DNA of 64,000 bases from NCBI RefSeq assembly GCF_036321535.1, contig NC_087437.1, positions 14,138,001 through 14,202,000 of the forward strand. The letters run 5' to 3'. Position 1 is the stretch's first letter; every line of letters starts with the position of its first letter. Positions 27,901 to 42,199 of this stretch are shown in pieces. A program made the position numbers and the translations under genes. The notes under the pieces were generated by a model. It was not told the origin of the DNA. It did not search any database and worked only from the letters and a program-made list of their open reading frames with translations. The DNA comes from Camelus dromedarius. Its lineage: Eukaryota.

Positions 27901-29540
27901 CAGCAAGAAATAGAAACACAAACAGGATGACAGTGATCATTCAGTGTGGTGACTATCACCCGATTTCCTGACGACTATGTCTATTTCTGTTAACTATTGA
28001 TTTGCACTCCTTGAAATTCAGCAACCAGGAAAGACCACTCCATTGGAACCAACTCTTAATTATTTCCAGAACATTAATCAGAGACCAAGTCAACATTTAT
28101 TCATAGCAAACTATTATTTGATATTTTCTACAGGCTTGTTTTTGTTTGTTTGTTTGTTTGTTTGTTTTTTAGCTTTTGAATCATGTAAGTAAGATAAATG
28201 AAATCTTTATTTGGGATAGAAAGGATGATGTATTAATCAGCATCTTGTTTGTTCTGTAGTAATTTCCTTCCTTCAGTCCTTGGTATTTTAGGTCACGCTG
28301 ATGTGTGTATAGAAAAGTCAGACCCTCAGCAACTCTGCTAAAAATTGATCAACAATAAACAATTTAGTTTGTTCATGTATTAATTGTTCAATTTCAGACT
28401 AATATTTTATTTAACCAAGATTATTATCCTTAATGGATTTGACACTGAGCAATTTGTTTAACCCTTTTAAGCCTTAGTATTTTATCAGAATTTAAAAAAT
28501 GATAAAATGAGAACAGAAATATAGTCTGCTTCACAAAGTAGTGGGTAGTGGAAGTTAACATCCATAAATTGCTCAACCCAAGGCTGGCACATAGTAAGTG
28601 CTCAATAAATGAGCTATGTTAGTATTATTGATGATATATTAAAACTGTTAGGATATGTACATCTGTGTGTGAGTGTGCATATGAGTGTGTGTGTTTTGCC
28701 TGTAAAAACATGTTTATTTATTTTTCAATAGGCTTGTTGCTTCAAAATAAAACCTTTTGGAATTTCTAAAAACACTTAAAAGCAGACTTTTTCATGCAAC
28801 AAACACAAACATTGACTTTAGAACCAAAGTGTTATGGAAGCATATTATAAATATTTATGGTGGTTTATTTGAAAATAATACATTATGTATGAGAATTTTG
28901 ATAGAAGAAGTAGAGGGTCTTGATCTGAAACATGTGAAAAGAAGTGAATTAAAGCAACCAGAACATATGATTTCTCACTTGTTCTATTTGTTATGGGTTA
29001 TTAATATGAAAACCTTTGAAGGAGACTTTCTTCTCTATCAGAAGATACATGTAGATATTACATTTGATTAAAAAAATTCTCTTTCTGGTAATGATTCTTT
29101 TCCATTATCTCATTAATAAGGTCTTTAAAATATATTTACTCTTTCATTTCTAGCCTAACATGATAAACACTATTATGAGAGTATTTTCCCATTTTGGTAT
29201 GTTTCATAATTTTTATACTTTAAACATCTCAAAGATGGCCTGACATTAAAATTGCACTTACATTACAAGAAAAAAATTCTTATTTCATCAGCAAGACCTG
29301 CAGATGCTGGCTTGACAGTTCCCAAAGCCTTGTCCCTTGATGGAGTCATAATCAAGGACCTCACCCAGTGTCAGTCAGATATTAAGACATTCACCAAGGG
29401 GTTCCCGGGCTAAGGGAGCATTTTTAGGACAAAATAAACTATGTTTTTAAGTTATTCCTGGTCACACATAAGGAGATCAGAAACAAGAAGGCAGATGCTC
29501 AGGTGGTTCCTGGCTCTTTCTGGCTTCCATCTCTGTGCGG

Positions 29541-30470
29541 TTCATTCATTTAATTTTCAACAATGCTTGGCCTGTTTATTATTTTCTGAGGGCTTGAGGT
29601 CCAGTGGTGGGAAAAGAACAGACCCTTACCTTGCACTTGTGGAATGTAGAGAACCTAGGGAGAAGTCTAACAGTAATACAAACAGATTGTATGAATGGGT
29701 GTGAAATTTCAACAGTTTGAAAAGAGCTACGTGGGAGAGAGTCTCAGTATAAGTCATTCAGAAGAGGGAGACCCACCTGGCCAGGGAGGTCAGGGAAGCT
29801 TTCCTGCAGAGGAGCTGCTTGAGCTGAAGTCTGAAAGGATGAGGTGGAATTCCTAGATGAAAGGCCCTTTGGCTAGACAGAATCTAGTGAGTGCAGAGGG
29901 CTTAAAGAAGGACAAAATGGCCAGAACGGATTGCTGAGGGCAGTGTGGAGCTAGCAAGGCTAGAGAAGTGGGCGGGAGCCAGACAAATACGTGCTTTGGA
30001 GACTGTCATAAGGAGTTTCTCCTTTATCCCCAAAGCAGTGAGAAGCCTTAAAAGGGTTCTGACCAATGATATGACATGATCAGAGTTGCATTTGGAAACA
30101 ATGTCCACTTTGGTTGCCTTGAGAACAGGTTACTACAGGGGACAAAAGTTGTTCAGATTTTCACTGGGAGGCTGCTTCTAAATCCAAACAAACAACGGGA
30201 GTGGCTTGGACCAGCATTGTGGGAGATGGAGAGAAATGGCCAGACAAGAAGAATTGGAGGGTGAGGGAAGGGTTACTGGGGTTGGGACCTAGCTTTCTGA
30301 GCTGGGAGACTGGAGGAATGGGTGTGCCATTTGCTGAACTCGGAAGCAATAACAGATGGACGATCTGGTTTTCAGGAAACCAGTTTTTCATGAGTTTTTG
30401 TTTCTGATACGTTGAGTTTGAAGTTCGTCTGAGGGCCCGGAGAGGAGCTATCAAGTAAGCTTTTGGATAT
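29541..30470 (-). mobile_element. L2 LINE fragment
   Basis: ttcattcatt tail and gtcagggaagctttcctg..tgagctgaagtctgaaagga..atgatcagagttgcattt..gttgagtttgaag. Confidence 0.75.
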
Positions 30471-31295
30471 TGAAGTCCATCCATGGCTTCCCCCACTTAG
30501 GGCTACCACTGTGTCCAGCCTCCTGGGAATCATTTTAATTTAATTTAATTCCTGTTAGCAGGAACCTCCCTTGGATTTACATTCTGGAGCTGCATTCTCT
30601 GACCCTGACTTGCACTAAATTTCCTCCTTGAAGTTCCACTGGCCCCTTTGAGTCCTGTTGTAACAAGACTCTCTGCTCCTCCCCACATGGAGCTGTCTTG
30701 AGCTTCAGCCCAGTGGTGGAGTTCCTTCTCTACTCTTCCCTGAGCTAACAGTGGAGATGACCCCTGGAAGTCCTAGTCTCATCTCTGGCCCATTTCTTTC
30801 CGTCTTGTCCAGCCTGTCTGAGCCATAGTCATCAGCAGGAGGGTAGGTCTGCTCTGTGCATCTCCTCACCTAGGAGTGTCAGCCTAATTGTTTGAGGGGA
30901 CTTCAGTGGTGACCCCCTATTCCAAGGGCCCTTTCAGTTTTCTGTTGCTTCTCAGCTGCCTCCAGCACAAACTGGTCTCCTTCTCTTTCAGCTAGAGCTG
31001 CTTATTAAACCTCATGATAAATTCTTGTGTCATGTCATGAATTTCTGTAGTCCACACTTACGGGTAGAACGGAGAATATTGACAGGTTTTGAGCTTGTTT
31101 ATATCCCTAATTTTCTGTTTGAGAACTTGTCCCACAGGTAACCACCTCAAAGTGAATTTCTAGAATCTGTAACTTCAATTTTATTTCAATTAATTAATTA
31201 ACTTAAAAAGTATAACTGACTTACAATATTGTACAGGTACAAACATAGTGATTGGACTTTTTTTTATAATGAACAAGTGATTTATTCATTTTTCA

Positions 31296-31451
31296 GTTTT
31301 ATTTATTTTTATTTATTTTTGGTGGGAATTAGGTTGGTTGGTTTGTTTGTTCATTTGTTTATTTATTTATTTTTATTTAGGTACCAGGGATTGAATCTAG
31401 GACCTCCTGCATGCCAAGCATGTGCTCTGCCCCTGAGCTTTACCCTCCCCC
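31296..31451 (-). mobile_element. Vic-1-like SINE
   Basis: gggattgaatctaggacctcctgcatgccaagcatgtgctctgcccctgagctttaccctccc. TSD-like tcatttttcag / tcatttctcag. Confidence 0.8.
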
Positions 31452-32794
31452 TCATTTCTCAGGTTTAATCACAATTGACCAAATGGTTCAGGTTTTACAT
31501 CAGACAATGCCTATCACATGATGTACAATATGGTAATAAAGAAAATGTCATTAGTTACTAACAAAAAGTGATTATTTATATTCCCTAGCCACCAATGACA
31601 ATTTCAGAGTATAAAGGTGTTACATTATTTTCTTTCTTTTTCATTTTTAATTTTTTTAATACAGTGAAAGATTCTTTAAATTCTATAGTGCTTTATGATT
31701 TTCAAAAATTTTACACACATGATTTCATATAATCCTGTAATTTCTTGTAGTTGATTTCTAGTCTCATACCACTGGGGAAAAGATGCTTGATATGATTTCA
31801 GTCTTCTTAGATTTATTTCAGCTTCTTTTGTGTACTAGCATGTAATCTATCCTGGAGAATGTCCCATGTGCACTTGAAAAGAATGTGTGTTCTGCTTCTT
31901 TCAGATGGAATGTTTATATATCTGTTAAGTTCACCTGCTCTAATGTGTCATTTAAGGCCAGTGTTTATTGATTTTATGTCTGGATGATCTGTCCATTGAT
32001 GTAAGTGGGGTGTTAAAGCCCCCTAATATTATTGTTTACTGTCAGTTTCTCCCTTTATGTCTGTTAATATTTGATTTATGTATTTAGGTGCTCCTGTGTT
32101 GGTGCATGTATATTTACAATGTTATATCTTCTTCTTGGATTGATCCCTTTACATTTTGTAATGTGCTTCTTTGGCTCTTGTTAAGTCTTTGCTTTAAAGT
32201 CTATTTTGTCTGATGTAAGTATTGATACGCCAGCTTTCTTTTTTTTTTTTCACTTGGATGGAATATATTTTTCCATCCTCTCACTTTCAGTCTGTGTGTG
32301 TCTTTAGATCTGAAGTGAGTCTTGTAGGCAGTGCATATATGGGTCTTGTTTCTGTATCCATTCAGATACTCTTTGTTTTTTGATTGGAGCATTTAGTCCA
32401 TTTTGCAATTATCTATAGGTATATACTTATTGCCATTTTGTTTTCTGATTGCTTTTGTAGTTCTTTTTTTCCCCCTTTCTTCTTCTTTTGTTCTCCTCCC
32501 TTGTGATTTCATGACTATCTTTAGTGTTATGTTTGGAATCGTTTCTCTATTTTTTGAGTGTATGTATTATAGATTCTTAGTTTGTGGTTACCATGAATTT
32601 CATATATAACAAATATATAATTATTTTAAGTTGATAATCTCTTCCATCCAAATGCATTTGAACAATCCTGCATTTTCACTCCATGTTTAATGTTTTGACA
32701 TCACATTTTACATCTTTTTGTTTTGTGTATCCTTTAATTACTTATTGTGGACATAGACAATTTTACTACTTTTGTCTTTTAATTCTCCTATTAG

Positions 32795-32947
32795 TTTTTT
32801 GTTTTTGTTTTTGTTTTTTTTTTTTTTGGTAGTGGGAGGTAATTAGGTTTACTCATTTATTTATTTTTAGAAGAGGTACTGGGGATTGAACCCAGGACCT
32901 TTTGTATGCTAAGCATACACTCTACCACTTGAGCTATACCCTCCCTC
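32795..32947 (-). mobile_element. Vic-1-like SINE nested in the L1 inter-ORF region
   Basis: ggggattgaacccaggacct..gctaagcat..ctctaccacttgagctataccctccc plus T-rich tail. Confidence 0.85.
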
Positions 32948-33592
32948 TCCCCACTAGCTTTATTTGTGGTTGATCTACTACCTTTACTGTAGGTGTGCTT
33001 TTACAAATGAGATTTTTCCTTTCATAATATTTATATCTCTAGTGTGGTTCCTTCTTTTCTGCTTATAGAAGTCCCTTTAACAGTTCTTGTAAAGCCATTT
33101 TAGTGGTCCTGAACTCTTTCAGTTTTGATTGTCCATAAAACTCTTTATCTCTCCTTTAAATCTGAATGATAATTTATCAGGTAGAATATTCTTGGCTGTA
33201 GCTTTTTTCCTCTATCACTTTGAAAACATTGTGCCACCCCCGTCTGGTCTGCAAAGTTTCTGCTGAAAAGTCAGATGATAGTCTTATGGGAGTTTCCTTG
33301 TAAACGTAACTAGTTGCTTTTCTCTTGCTGCTTTTAAGATTTTCTCTTCATCTCTAATTTTTGCCATTTTAATTACAATGTGTCTTGGTGTGGACCTATT
33401 TGGATTCATCTTGTTTGGGACTCTGTGCTTCCTGGACCTGGAAGTCTGTTTCCTGTCTCAGGAAACTTTTTCTCAACTATCACTTCAAATAAGTTCTCTG
33501 TCCCTTTCTCTCTTATCTCCTTCTGGGACCCTTATAATGCAATTTTAGTATGCTTGATGTTGTCTCAGATTTCTCTTAAACTTCCCTCATTT

Positions 33593-34784
33593 AAAAAAAT
33601 TTTTAAATTTTATTTATTTATTTATTTATATTTTAAATATCATATTTTTAAATTGAAGTATAGCTGATGTACAATATTATATGTTACAGGTATACAGTAT
33701 AATGAGTCACAAATTTTAAATATTATACTCCATTTATAGTTCTTATAAAATATGGGCTGTATTTCCTGTGTTGTACAATACATCCTTGTAGCTTATTTTA
33801 TACCTGATTGTTTGTACCTCTTAATCCTCCCACCTCCATCTTGCTCCTCCCCCTTCCAACTCCCCACTGGTACCTCTAGTTCCTTCTCTATATCTGTGAG
33901 TCTGTTTCTTTTCTGTTATATTAACTAGTTAGTTGTATATTTTTAGATTCCACATATAAGTAATATCTTACAGCATTTGTCTTTCTCTGTCTGACTTATT
34001 TCACTTAGCATAATGCTCTCCAAGTCCATCTATACTGTACACCAGAAACTAATACAACATTTTTTTTTTTACATTTTGATACTCCCTTCTGGCTTGTAGA
34101 GTTTCTGCTGAAAAAACAGCTGATAACCTTATGGGAGCTCCCTTGTATGTTTTTTGTTGCTTTTCTCTTGCTAATTTTAATATTTTCTCCTTATCCTTAA
34201 TTTGTGTCAGTTTGATTACTGTGTGCCTTGGTTTGTTCCTCTTTGGGTTGATCCTGTCTGGAACTCTGCACTTCCTGGACTTGGGTGACTCTTTCCTTTC
34301 CCAAGTCTGCAGTAGTGATATCCACTAATCTGTCTTCTAGTTCATTGATCCATTCTCTGCCTCATTTAGTCTATTCTTGGTTTCTTCTAGTAAGTTATTC
34401 ATTTCAGTGATTTTATTCTTCAACTCTGTTTGGCTATTCTTTATATTTTCCAACTCTTTGCTAAAAACTTCACTCTGTGCATCTATACTCCTCTTGAGCT
34501 CTCTGAACATCTTTGTCATCATTACTTTAAACTCTTTCTCAGATAAATTGCTTATCTCTTCATCACTTATTTCTTCTGGAATTTTATCTTGTGCCTTGAC
34601 CTGAGCACACCCCTCCTACCATCCTGCTGTGGTTCTCTCTTTATGTTTCCAGTTGAAGACAATCTTCTTTGCTAGGTTCCAGTCTTTTTTTGATGGTTGT
34701 CTAGCAGTCAGTTGTGGTTTCATTGTAGTCATGAGGAGAGGTGAGCTCGTGCTCCTACCACTCTGCCATCTTGACAGGGAAAAA
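33593..34784 (-). mobile_element. Composite non-autonomous L1 derivative, copy A (nested in ORF1 of the host L1)
   Basis: L1 5' end (about 34605-34780), deleted ORF1 (about 34075-34600), inverted tail piece (34034-34060), 3'UTR (33593-34034). TSD aaacttccctcattt (33578-33592) / aaactctcctcattt (34785-34799). Confidence 0.8.
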
Positions 34785-37700
34785 AAACTCTCCTCATTTT
34801 TTAAAAATTCTTTTTTCTTTCTTTCTTTCTTTCTTTTTTTTTTCTATTCAGCTTGGGTAATTTCCGCTATTCTGTCTTGCAACCTGCTGATCCATTCCTC
34901 TGTATCATCTAATCTACTGTTGATTACTTCAAGTGTATTTTTCACTTTAGTTACTGCATTCTTCAGCTCTGTTTGGTTCTTCTTTATATTTTCTAACTCT
35001 TTGTTTCTTCTCCTGAGTTTGTTGGACGTCTTAATGATCATTACCTTGAACTCTTTATCAGATAGATTGCTTATCACCACTTCACTTAGTTCTTGTGAGA
35101 TTTTGTCTTGTTCCTTCATTTGGAACATATTCCTCTGTGTCCTCATTGTGCTTAATTCTTTGTGCCTATTTCTGTGAATTTGGTAGGTCGTTTCCTGAAC
35201 TTGGAGAAATGGCCTTATGTAGGATATGTTCACCAGAGCTCTACGCTCTAGGGGTGCTTCCTTATGTGGGTGTGTAGGCCCTTTTGTTGTGGTGGGCCAA
35301 CCACTGTGGGTGAGCTGATTAAGTGAGGCTGGCTCTGCCTGATTGGCTGCCAGGCCCAGCCTTGTGCAGTGGGTGCCATCTGCTGGTGGGTAGTGCTGGG
35401 CCCTCATGCAGCTGGCTGCTCAGTCTGGGGCGGGAGGCGGGGGGTCCAAGGACTGATGTGGCCTGTTGGTGGGTAGGTAGGCCCTTGGGCACTAATAGGC
35501 TGGAGAGAACACTCCAAGTGGTGCTTGTCAGCAGCAGTGTCTTCATTGCAGAAAAGCTCCCCCAAAATGGCAGCCACCAGCATCTGTGTTCCCAGGGGGA
35601 GTCCCATTGCCTCCTGTCTCTCTGGGAGGCTCTCCATGTTCAGCAAGTGTGTCTGACCCAGGCCCCTTTCAAATCACTGCCTCTGATGTGGGTCTTGGAG
35701 TGTGATTTTTGAGTATTCCCTTTAAGAGTGGAATCTCTGTTTCCTGTGGCCCTCTGGCTGTCACATGTATAAGTCCCACTGGTCTTCAAAGCCAGCTTTC
35801 TGGGGGTTCATCTTCCCCATTCAGGACCCCTGGTTGCAGAGTCAAGTCTGGGACTTGGACCTCTCCCTCCTTTGGGAAAACCCCTGCAAGGGTGATTACC
35901 CTTTAGTTTGTGAGTTGTCCCTCTGGGAGTGTGGGTCTTGATTATACCGTGTCTCTGCCCCTCCTACCTGTCTTGTTGTAGTTCATCCTTTGTATCTTTA
36001 GTTGTGCAAAATATTTTCTGCTGGTCTTCAGGTCACACTCATAGATAGTTGCTCTTTAAATAGTTAAATTTTTTTATATGCTTGTAGAAGGAGGTGAGCT
36101 CAGGGTCTTCTTATTTTTCCATTTTGGCCACACCCCCTATAACTTCAATTTTAGAAATTTTAGAGCAAAAAAATACTTGACAAAAACAATACTAATTGCA
36201 GATCATTTATTTATAAAAGAGCAGGATCATTTGTAGCATGTAAATATCTATTTTTAACAATTGATTCATTCATCTATTTACTGATTCATTTATTTGGCAA
36301 ATAATTCCTTCTCATGGATTAATTAGATGGAAGAATTCCTTCTACATCTTTCACTTAGGTGTTGACCAAGGAAATCTCTGTTGTCCAATTAACACGGAGA
36401 AAATAAATGGTTCAGATGCTCCTGGCAGCAATAGAGTTAATTAACTTTGACCCGATTTTTTAAAAACTTAATTCTAAAAAAAAAAAGCCCTTTTTGCTTG
36501 CTAGAAATACTTTACTGTTTTAGTTGTCAACATCTCACTCCTGGTACATTAAAAATGCTGACCGAAATGTTTAAAAACCTGTAAGCTTCATTCACAATTC
36601 TGTGTGAATCTACCCTGTCATAAGGTTTTTATTTTTATCTGCCTTAAGTTTAGGCTGCAGAGATAAATTGGCTCATTGGGCTATCTCTTAATTATCATTG
36701 ATGTAAGTGTCTATGACATATAATTTAACTTATCTGCATTTTATCTCAAATATATCTGCAATAATAAAATGAGATATTTCTCAGTGTTTTCCACATATCA
36801 CCCTGAGATTGATATAAGGAAGGAGGAGCATGATTTTCTGTTTGATAATTGAAGAAACTGAGTCGCAGAGCAATGAAATATCTACCAAAGATCATCCAAG
36901 GTCTGTGGCTGCAGAAATGAATAAATTCTCTGGTAGGAAATAAAATGGTTTAAGTGGGTACAGCTACCTCCAGTCAATCTCCATCAACTCTTCCCTCGTG
37001 ATTTTATGATACTTTTCTCTCATTTTGCGTTTCCTTCACACACGAAAAATCATGGTCATTCTCATATTGTTTACTTTTGTTCAAATTTTGTTTATATGTC
37101 TTCAAAATTATTTTTCATCTACGGGTAGTTAGTTTTGATCATAGGTTGTGGCTATTAGAAAGCAAGGACCATGAGTTTTATTTATTCTTTTTATCTCCTT
37201 TGTGCATAGAATACAGAGATAAGCTTGTAATGGAGGTTGGGGGGGAGGGTCAGTGGAAGTTTAGTCAACTGTGAGTCTGTATTTTCCATCTTGTATTGTT
37301 TTGAGTAAAAATTTCTAGCAAAACTCTGCTGATTGGTGGTTACTGAAATAACCCAAGATCAAAGGAGGTCTCCTTGAGCCTTACACCCTCCATATCTGTG
37401 GGCAGATACTGTGAAGAGAAGAAAAAAAAATTTTTTAACCTGTTATGTAAAGGGTTAGTCAGTGTGTCAGAGCTTAATGCTGGTCTTCTGACTTCAAATT
37501 ACACTCTTTGTCTACCTGTTTTTTAGCTCCTTAAAAGGCGTAAAACAGGCATTTTGGATACTGGGTCAAATTCATTCCACCTATGGGAATGTATATTGTG
37601 TATAGAAAATTACCTAGCATTAAAATCAAGCAGGTACTTCTCACCCAACTAAAATGCTTTTACTTTAGTCCATAAACTTAAGATAATTGAATGTTGAGAC

Positions 37701-38417
37701 ACTCCAATTATAACTGAAAAAAACAGTTCAAAACTTTGATTTAAAAATATTCTGGTCATTGTGGAAATTTTCTGTTTTTATTTCTGCACATAAGGTTTTC
37801 AGTTTGTGTTCCAGTTTATGAGAAGCCAGTTGTCGAAATGTTAGTCCCCAGTCAAGGTCAAACATCTCACACAAAGAATAGCATTTCTCTAAAGTGCAGT
37901 ACTCCTGTGTACCTAGAGTGGAAATTTCATGAGCAGAACTCATTTGATCTGATCCTATCATAGTCACAAAACTCAGGCTCATTTTGATGTGACAGCAATG
38001 ATGTTCTATAACAAGTATGGAGCCACCTGTGATACGGTTCTTTAGAACTACTTCATTTGGCCCTCAGAGTGGCTCTGTTAGTTTGGCAGAAGAGTCATCA
38101 CCATTATTAACCCACTTGAAACTGAGGATCTCAAAGCCAATGTCAAATGAGTTATTGTCCGAGACACAAGGTGGTATGTAGTTGGGGGGCATTTAGTTAA
38201 GTGCTTATCATGGATTAGAATGAACAGTGGGCATTAGATTTTTATAACAGATTATATGAGATGAATTATATGAATAAAGAACATGGGTTCTGGGTTCAAG
38301 TCTGCATTTTTTTCTCACTAATTCTATGACTTTGGGAAAATAGAAACTTTTTCAGTATCATCCTAAAAATGGAGAAAATAATATCACCCACTTCCTAGAG
38401 AATTAAATGAGTTATGT

Positions 38418-39920
38418 ACAGAATATCTAAAGAACCCCTACAAATCAATCATAAAAAGATTAATAACCCAATTAAAAATGCACAAAAACCCTGAATAGAC
38501 ATTTCACAAAAGAGAGTATACAAATGACTAGTAAGTACATGAAAAAATTCTCAACATAATTTTTCATTAGGGAAATATAAATTAAAACCACGATGAGATT
38601 GCGTGACACATCTGCCCGAATGACTAAAATGAAAAAGACCTCAATACCAAGTATTAGACAAGGATATGGAGTAACTGGAATTGCCATACATTGGTAGTAG
38701 GTGTGTAAACTGATAGAACAGCTGTGGAAATACACAAGGTCATGGACAAGGACATTCATAGTAGTTATATTCACAAGAGAAAGAAAACCGGGAGCAGTCC
38801 TATGGCCTACACCAAGGTAATAAATAAATAAATGTATATCCATACAATGTAATGCAGCACTGCAATAAAAAGAATGAACTCCAGCTATGCACAACAGCAT
38901 GAATGAATTTCATAGACATATGTTGAGCAAGAGAAGCCAGATATAAAGTGTGCATACACACTCTATAACTGTATTTATATGATGTCCTAAAACAGGCAGA
39001 GGAGTCTGCTGTCTGAGAAAGACACGGGGGAATTTTCTGTGTGTTGAAAATGTTCTAAATCTTAATCTAGGTGGTATTACACAGATGTATATGAATATAA
39101 AGAATTGTCAATCTGTATATTTATGATTTGTGCACTTTATGTTACAGCTCAATTTAAAAATAACCTATCTTCAACACTATTATATATAAAGTAGATAAAC
39201 AACAAGGACCTACTTTAGCACAGGGAACTATAGTCAATATCTTGTAATATCCCGTAATGGAAAAGAATCTGAAAAAGAATATATATATGTATATATAAAA
39301 CTGAATCACTTTGCTGTACATCTGAAAGTAGCACAACATTGTAAACTAACTATAATTCATTTAAAAGTGGTTAAAATTTTTTAAATGTAAAAAAGAAAAA
39401 ATATCTTCATGCCCAAGTATTTACTACAAAAAGATTTATACATAAATATTCATAGCAGCTTTAGTCATAAAACCCCAAACTGGAAATTAACCCACATGCA
39501 AATCAGCATTTGAATGGCTAAACAAACTATGTTACATCTGTACAATGGATTATTACTTAGCAATGAAAAGAACTAAATAATTGATAAATGCAACGACATG
39601 GATGAATCTCAAAAGCATGTTGAGTGAAAGAAGCCAGACATGAAAGACTGCATACTATATGATTCCATTTATATAAAATCCTAGAAAATGGAAACTAGTT
39701 AATAGCAACAGAAAGATTAGTGGTTGGTCAGCTGGGGTCCAGGGTAGAGGGAGGGATTGTGAAAAAGGACATTGAAAGCCTGCAGGGTGAAGCAATGTTC
39801 TGAATCTTGATTGTGTCACTGGTTTCCCAGGTGAATACACATGTCAAATGCATCAAATTGTATCCTCTGAAGGGATGTAGGTCCATAAGTCATATCTTAA
39901 TAGAGTTGGTGAAAAATAAT
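38418..39920 (+). mobile_element. Old L1 3' fragments with a younger artiodactyl L1 tail at about 39175-39365
   Basis: gaatagacatttcacaaaaga..attagggaaat..aaaaccacgatgag, acaaggacctact..cagggaactatagtcaatatc, and atggatgaatctcaaaagcatgttgagtgaaagaagccagac. Confidence 0.7.
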
Positions 39921-41809
39921 ATATATCAAATTAACAATACGCAGTGACAAAAAGGTCTGGAGGGCACTAGCTGAGTGAACTTCAGTTTCCCTCCTAGGAT
40001 CCCAGGCCCCAAATCAAATTAAAGCTCACCTAAACAGGAAGTGTGTAAGGGGTAGGGGGTCCCACCCACTTTGCCTTATGGAGGCAAATGGAGGCCACAA
40101 ATGGGGAGTGGAGTTTAAAGAATTGTTAACTACATAATTGAAAAAGTCAAAAGACAACAATAAGGTATCAGAGAGGTAATAATAGCAGGATGCAATCATC
40201 ACCCCTAGGTTTGGGGAAAACAGATGAGAGAAGTTAGAATTATTGAAACTTGGAAACTCAAAGGATGGTCCTGGGGGCTGGGACCCAGACCCTGAGTAGG
40301 TTGCCCAGGCTGGCTGGTGCAGGTGTCTCTGAGGCTAGTTTTACAGATGTCACAGAAACTGCACACTGGATTCAGCTGCTGCTACAGGAGGAGCCGACTA
40401 ATGTTGGGGTGAAGAGACAGTTCTAGGATGATGCTTTGAAGAACAGGAAGCAAACAGGAGAAAGCCCATCCTTTCTCCCTCCACCGACCTTGCAGTCTCC
40501 CTCTAGTGCCCCTCGTTGACATTGCCTCACAGTGAGCAGCTGCAAAAACCAAATGTTGGTTGGCAGAGTCCAAGCTTTGGCATCATAGAGCATGATAAAG
40601 AAACGGGTGGAGGGACAGTGAAATTGAGATTGGGCCTTGAACAATTTTGTATTTAACTCTTGGCTTTGCTCCTCACTTGTGTGACCTTGGGCAAGTTTCT
40701 TAACCTCTCTGGGCCTCAGCCCCACATCAGTAAAATGAAGGTAATATTCCTTTATAAACTTGTGGTAGTGAACCTTCAATAAGTGGACTCTAATATTTAA
40801 TTTCTTTGTTTTTGTAGCATGAGTTCCTCCTTCACTCACTCCTGTGAATCACTCCCAGTATCATGGCCTGGTGACCTGGTCCTTGGGATGGCTCTGCTCA
40901 GCTCTGTGCTTTCCAGTCCCTCATGAAAAGCCTCCTAATGGTTAGAAATTCTGATAACTAAGGTGTGGCAGAGTTGGACTGCAGTCCGTGGTGTATCATT
41001 TGGATTTCAGTCCTGGGGGGAAGAAGTTAAGCAGCCAGCTTATCCTCCATTTCTCTCCTGTAACCAGGAGGACACTCTTGGGAGACAAGGAAGGCAAGCG
41101 ACCCAACGTAATCTCCTTATAAACATGCTGATGATCAGCCTCTGGTAAATAAACTAATGAGACTGACTTTCAGGAGAGTCCCCATCTATGGAATGCTTTT
41201 AGCAGAAACGACCCTGAATTAGTCTTGCTTGTGGAAAACTAATTTTGAGTCTATGGATTTATGAATCATGGCTCCCTGGAGGTTCCATTTAAGTCTATAA
41301 TGATCTGGGTATAAAATGGAGATGATTTATCACCGAAAGTGTCCCTGTGTGTGAAGTCATCCACACCTCTCTTTGGAGACCCCATAATTACTCTGGGCCA
41401 GGGACTACCTATCTGATGCAGGAAGAGGAACTGGGAAGCTACACTCCAGATACTGGACCCCTCCCTGCTTCACCACTGCCTCTTAATTACAGGAATCCTT
41501 AAAATGATTAGTGAAGTTTGACACTAAACTCACACTAACCCAGCCAGCAAGCTGTTGACATGGTCCGATCATACTTTTTTGGTCAATGAAGTATGACCAA
41601 AAACAAGCCCTGAAACAAGGGGTTACTGAGCCCTAAAAATAAGGGGTTAGAGGCTTTTAATGATGTGTATCAGACATATTGACTTTTTAATTCACTAAAT
41701 AACATTCATATTCTAGAATCTAACTCATATGTGTTTCTGGCTGTTGTAACTTTCTGCTCTCTAAAAGAGTAAAGGTAAAATGAGCACTAAACTACCTTCA
41801 GAAAATAGG

Positions 41810-41980
41810 GGTTTGGGCTCTCACTCTGCCAGAAATGGACTGTGTGACTTTGGGTAGAGCCCTCAACCTCTCTGAATCTCCATTTCCTCAACTACACAAT
41901 GGGGGCTGATCATACTGCCTCCCCCATGGGGTTGCCATGAGAATCAAATGGAAGATGTAGAAAAATGCTAAATAAACTGC
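41810..41980 (+). mobile_element. MIR SINE (further MIR pieces at about 38030-38420, 40650-40760, 45490-45600, 50385-50540, 58585-58800)
   Basis: MIR core tgtgtgactttgggtaga..aacctctctgaatctccatttcctca. Confidence 0.7.
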
Positions 41981-42199
41981 ACAAAATACGAAGTCGTATT
42001 TCTACTAGAGGAGTTATCTTTTCTGTGTGTCTACAGCTTCATTCAAATACAATGTTTCTATATTTAAAGAAGCAACACTTCCCACCTCTTCCAGTGTTTT
42101 TGCTAATATTTGCCTAAATATGAAGCAAACAATCTACATTCTCTTACTGATAATAATACTTACAGATCTATTAACAGATCTGTTAACAATTCATCTGCT

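Larger units (their letters stand above)
31184..36137 (-). mobile_element. L1 with intact 5' end, ORF1 and ORF2 endonuclease region, RT region missing, hosting nested insertions
   Basis: 5' end ggggtgtggccaaaatgg..gaagaccctgagctcacctcc. ORF1 remnant MRTQRNMFQMKEQDK.., EN remnant HFRSKDTHRLKVRGWKNIFH. 16-bp TSD tgtaacttcaatttta (31168-31183) / tataacttcaatttta (36138-36153). Confidence 0.85.

Noticed and set aside
34844..35407. 187-aa ORF with coiled-coil character
   Set aside because: It is L1 5'UTR plus a truncated ORF1 interrupted by a nested insertion, not a host gene.
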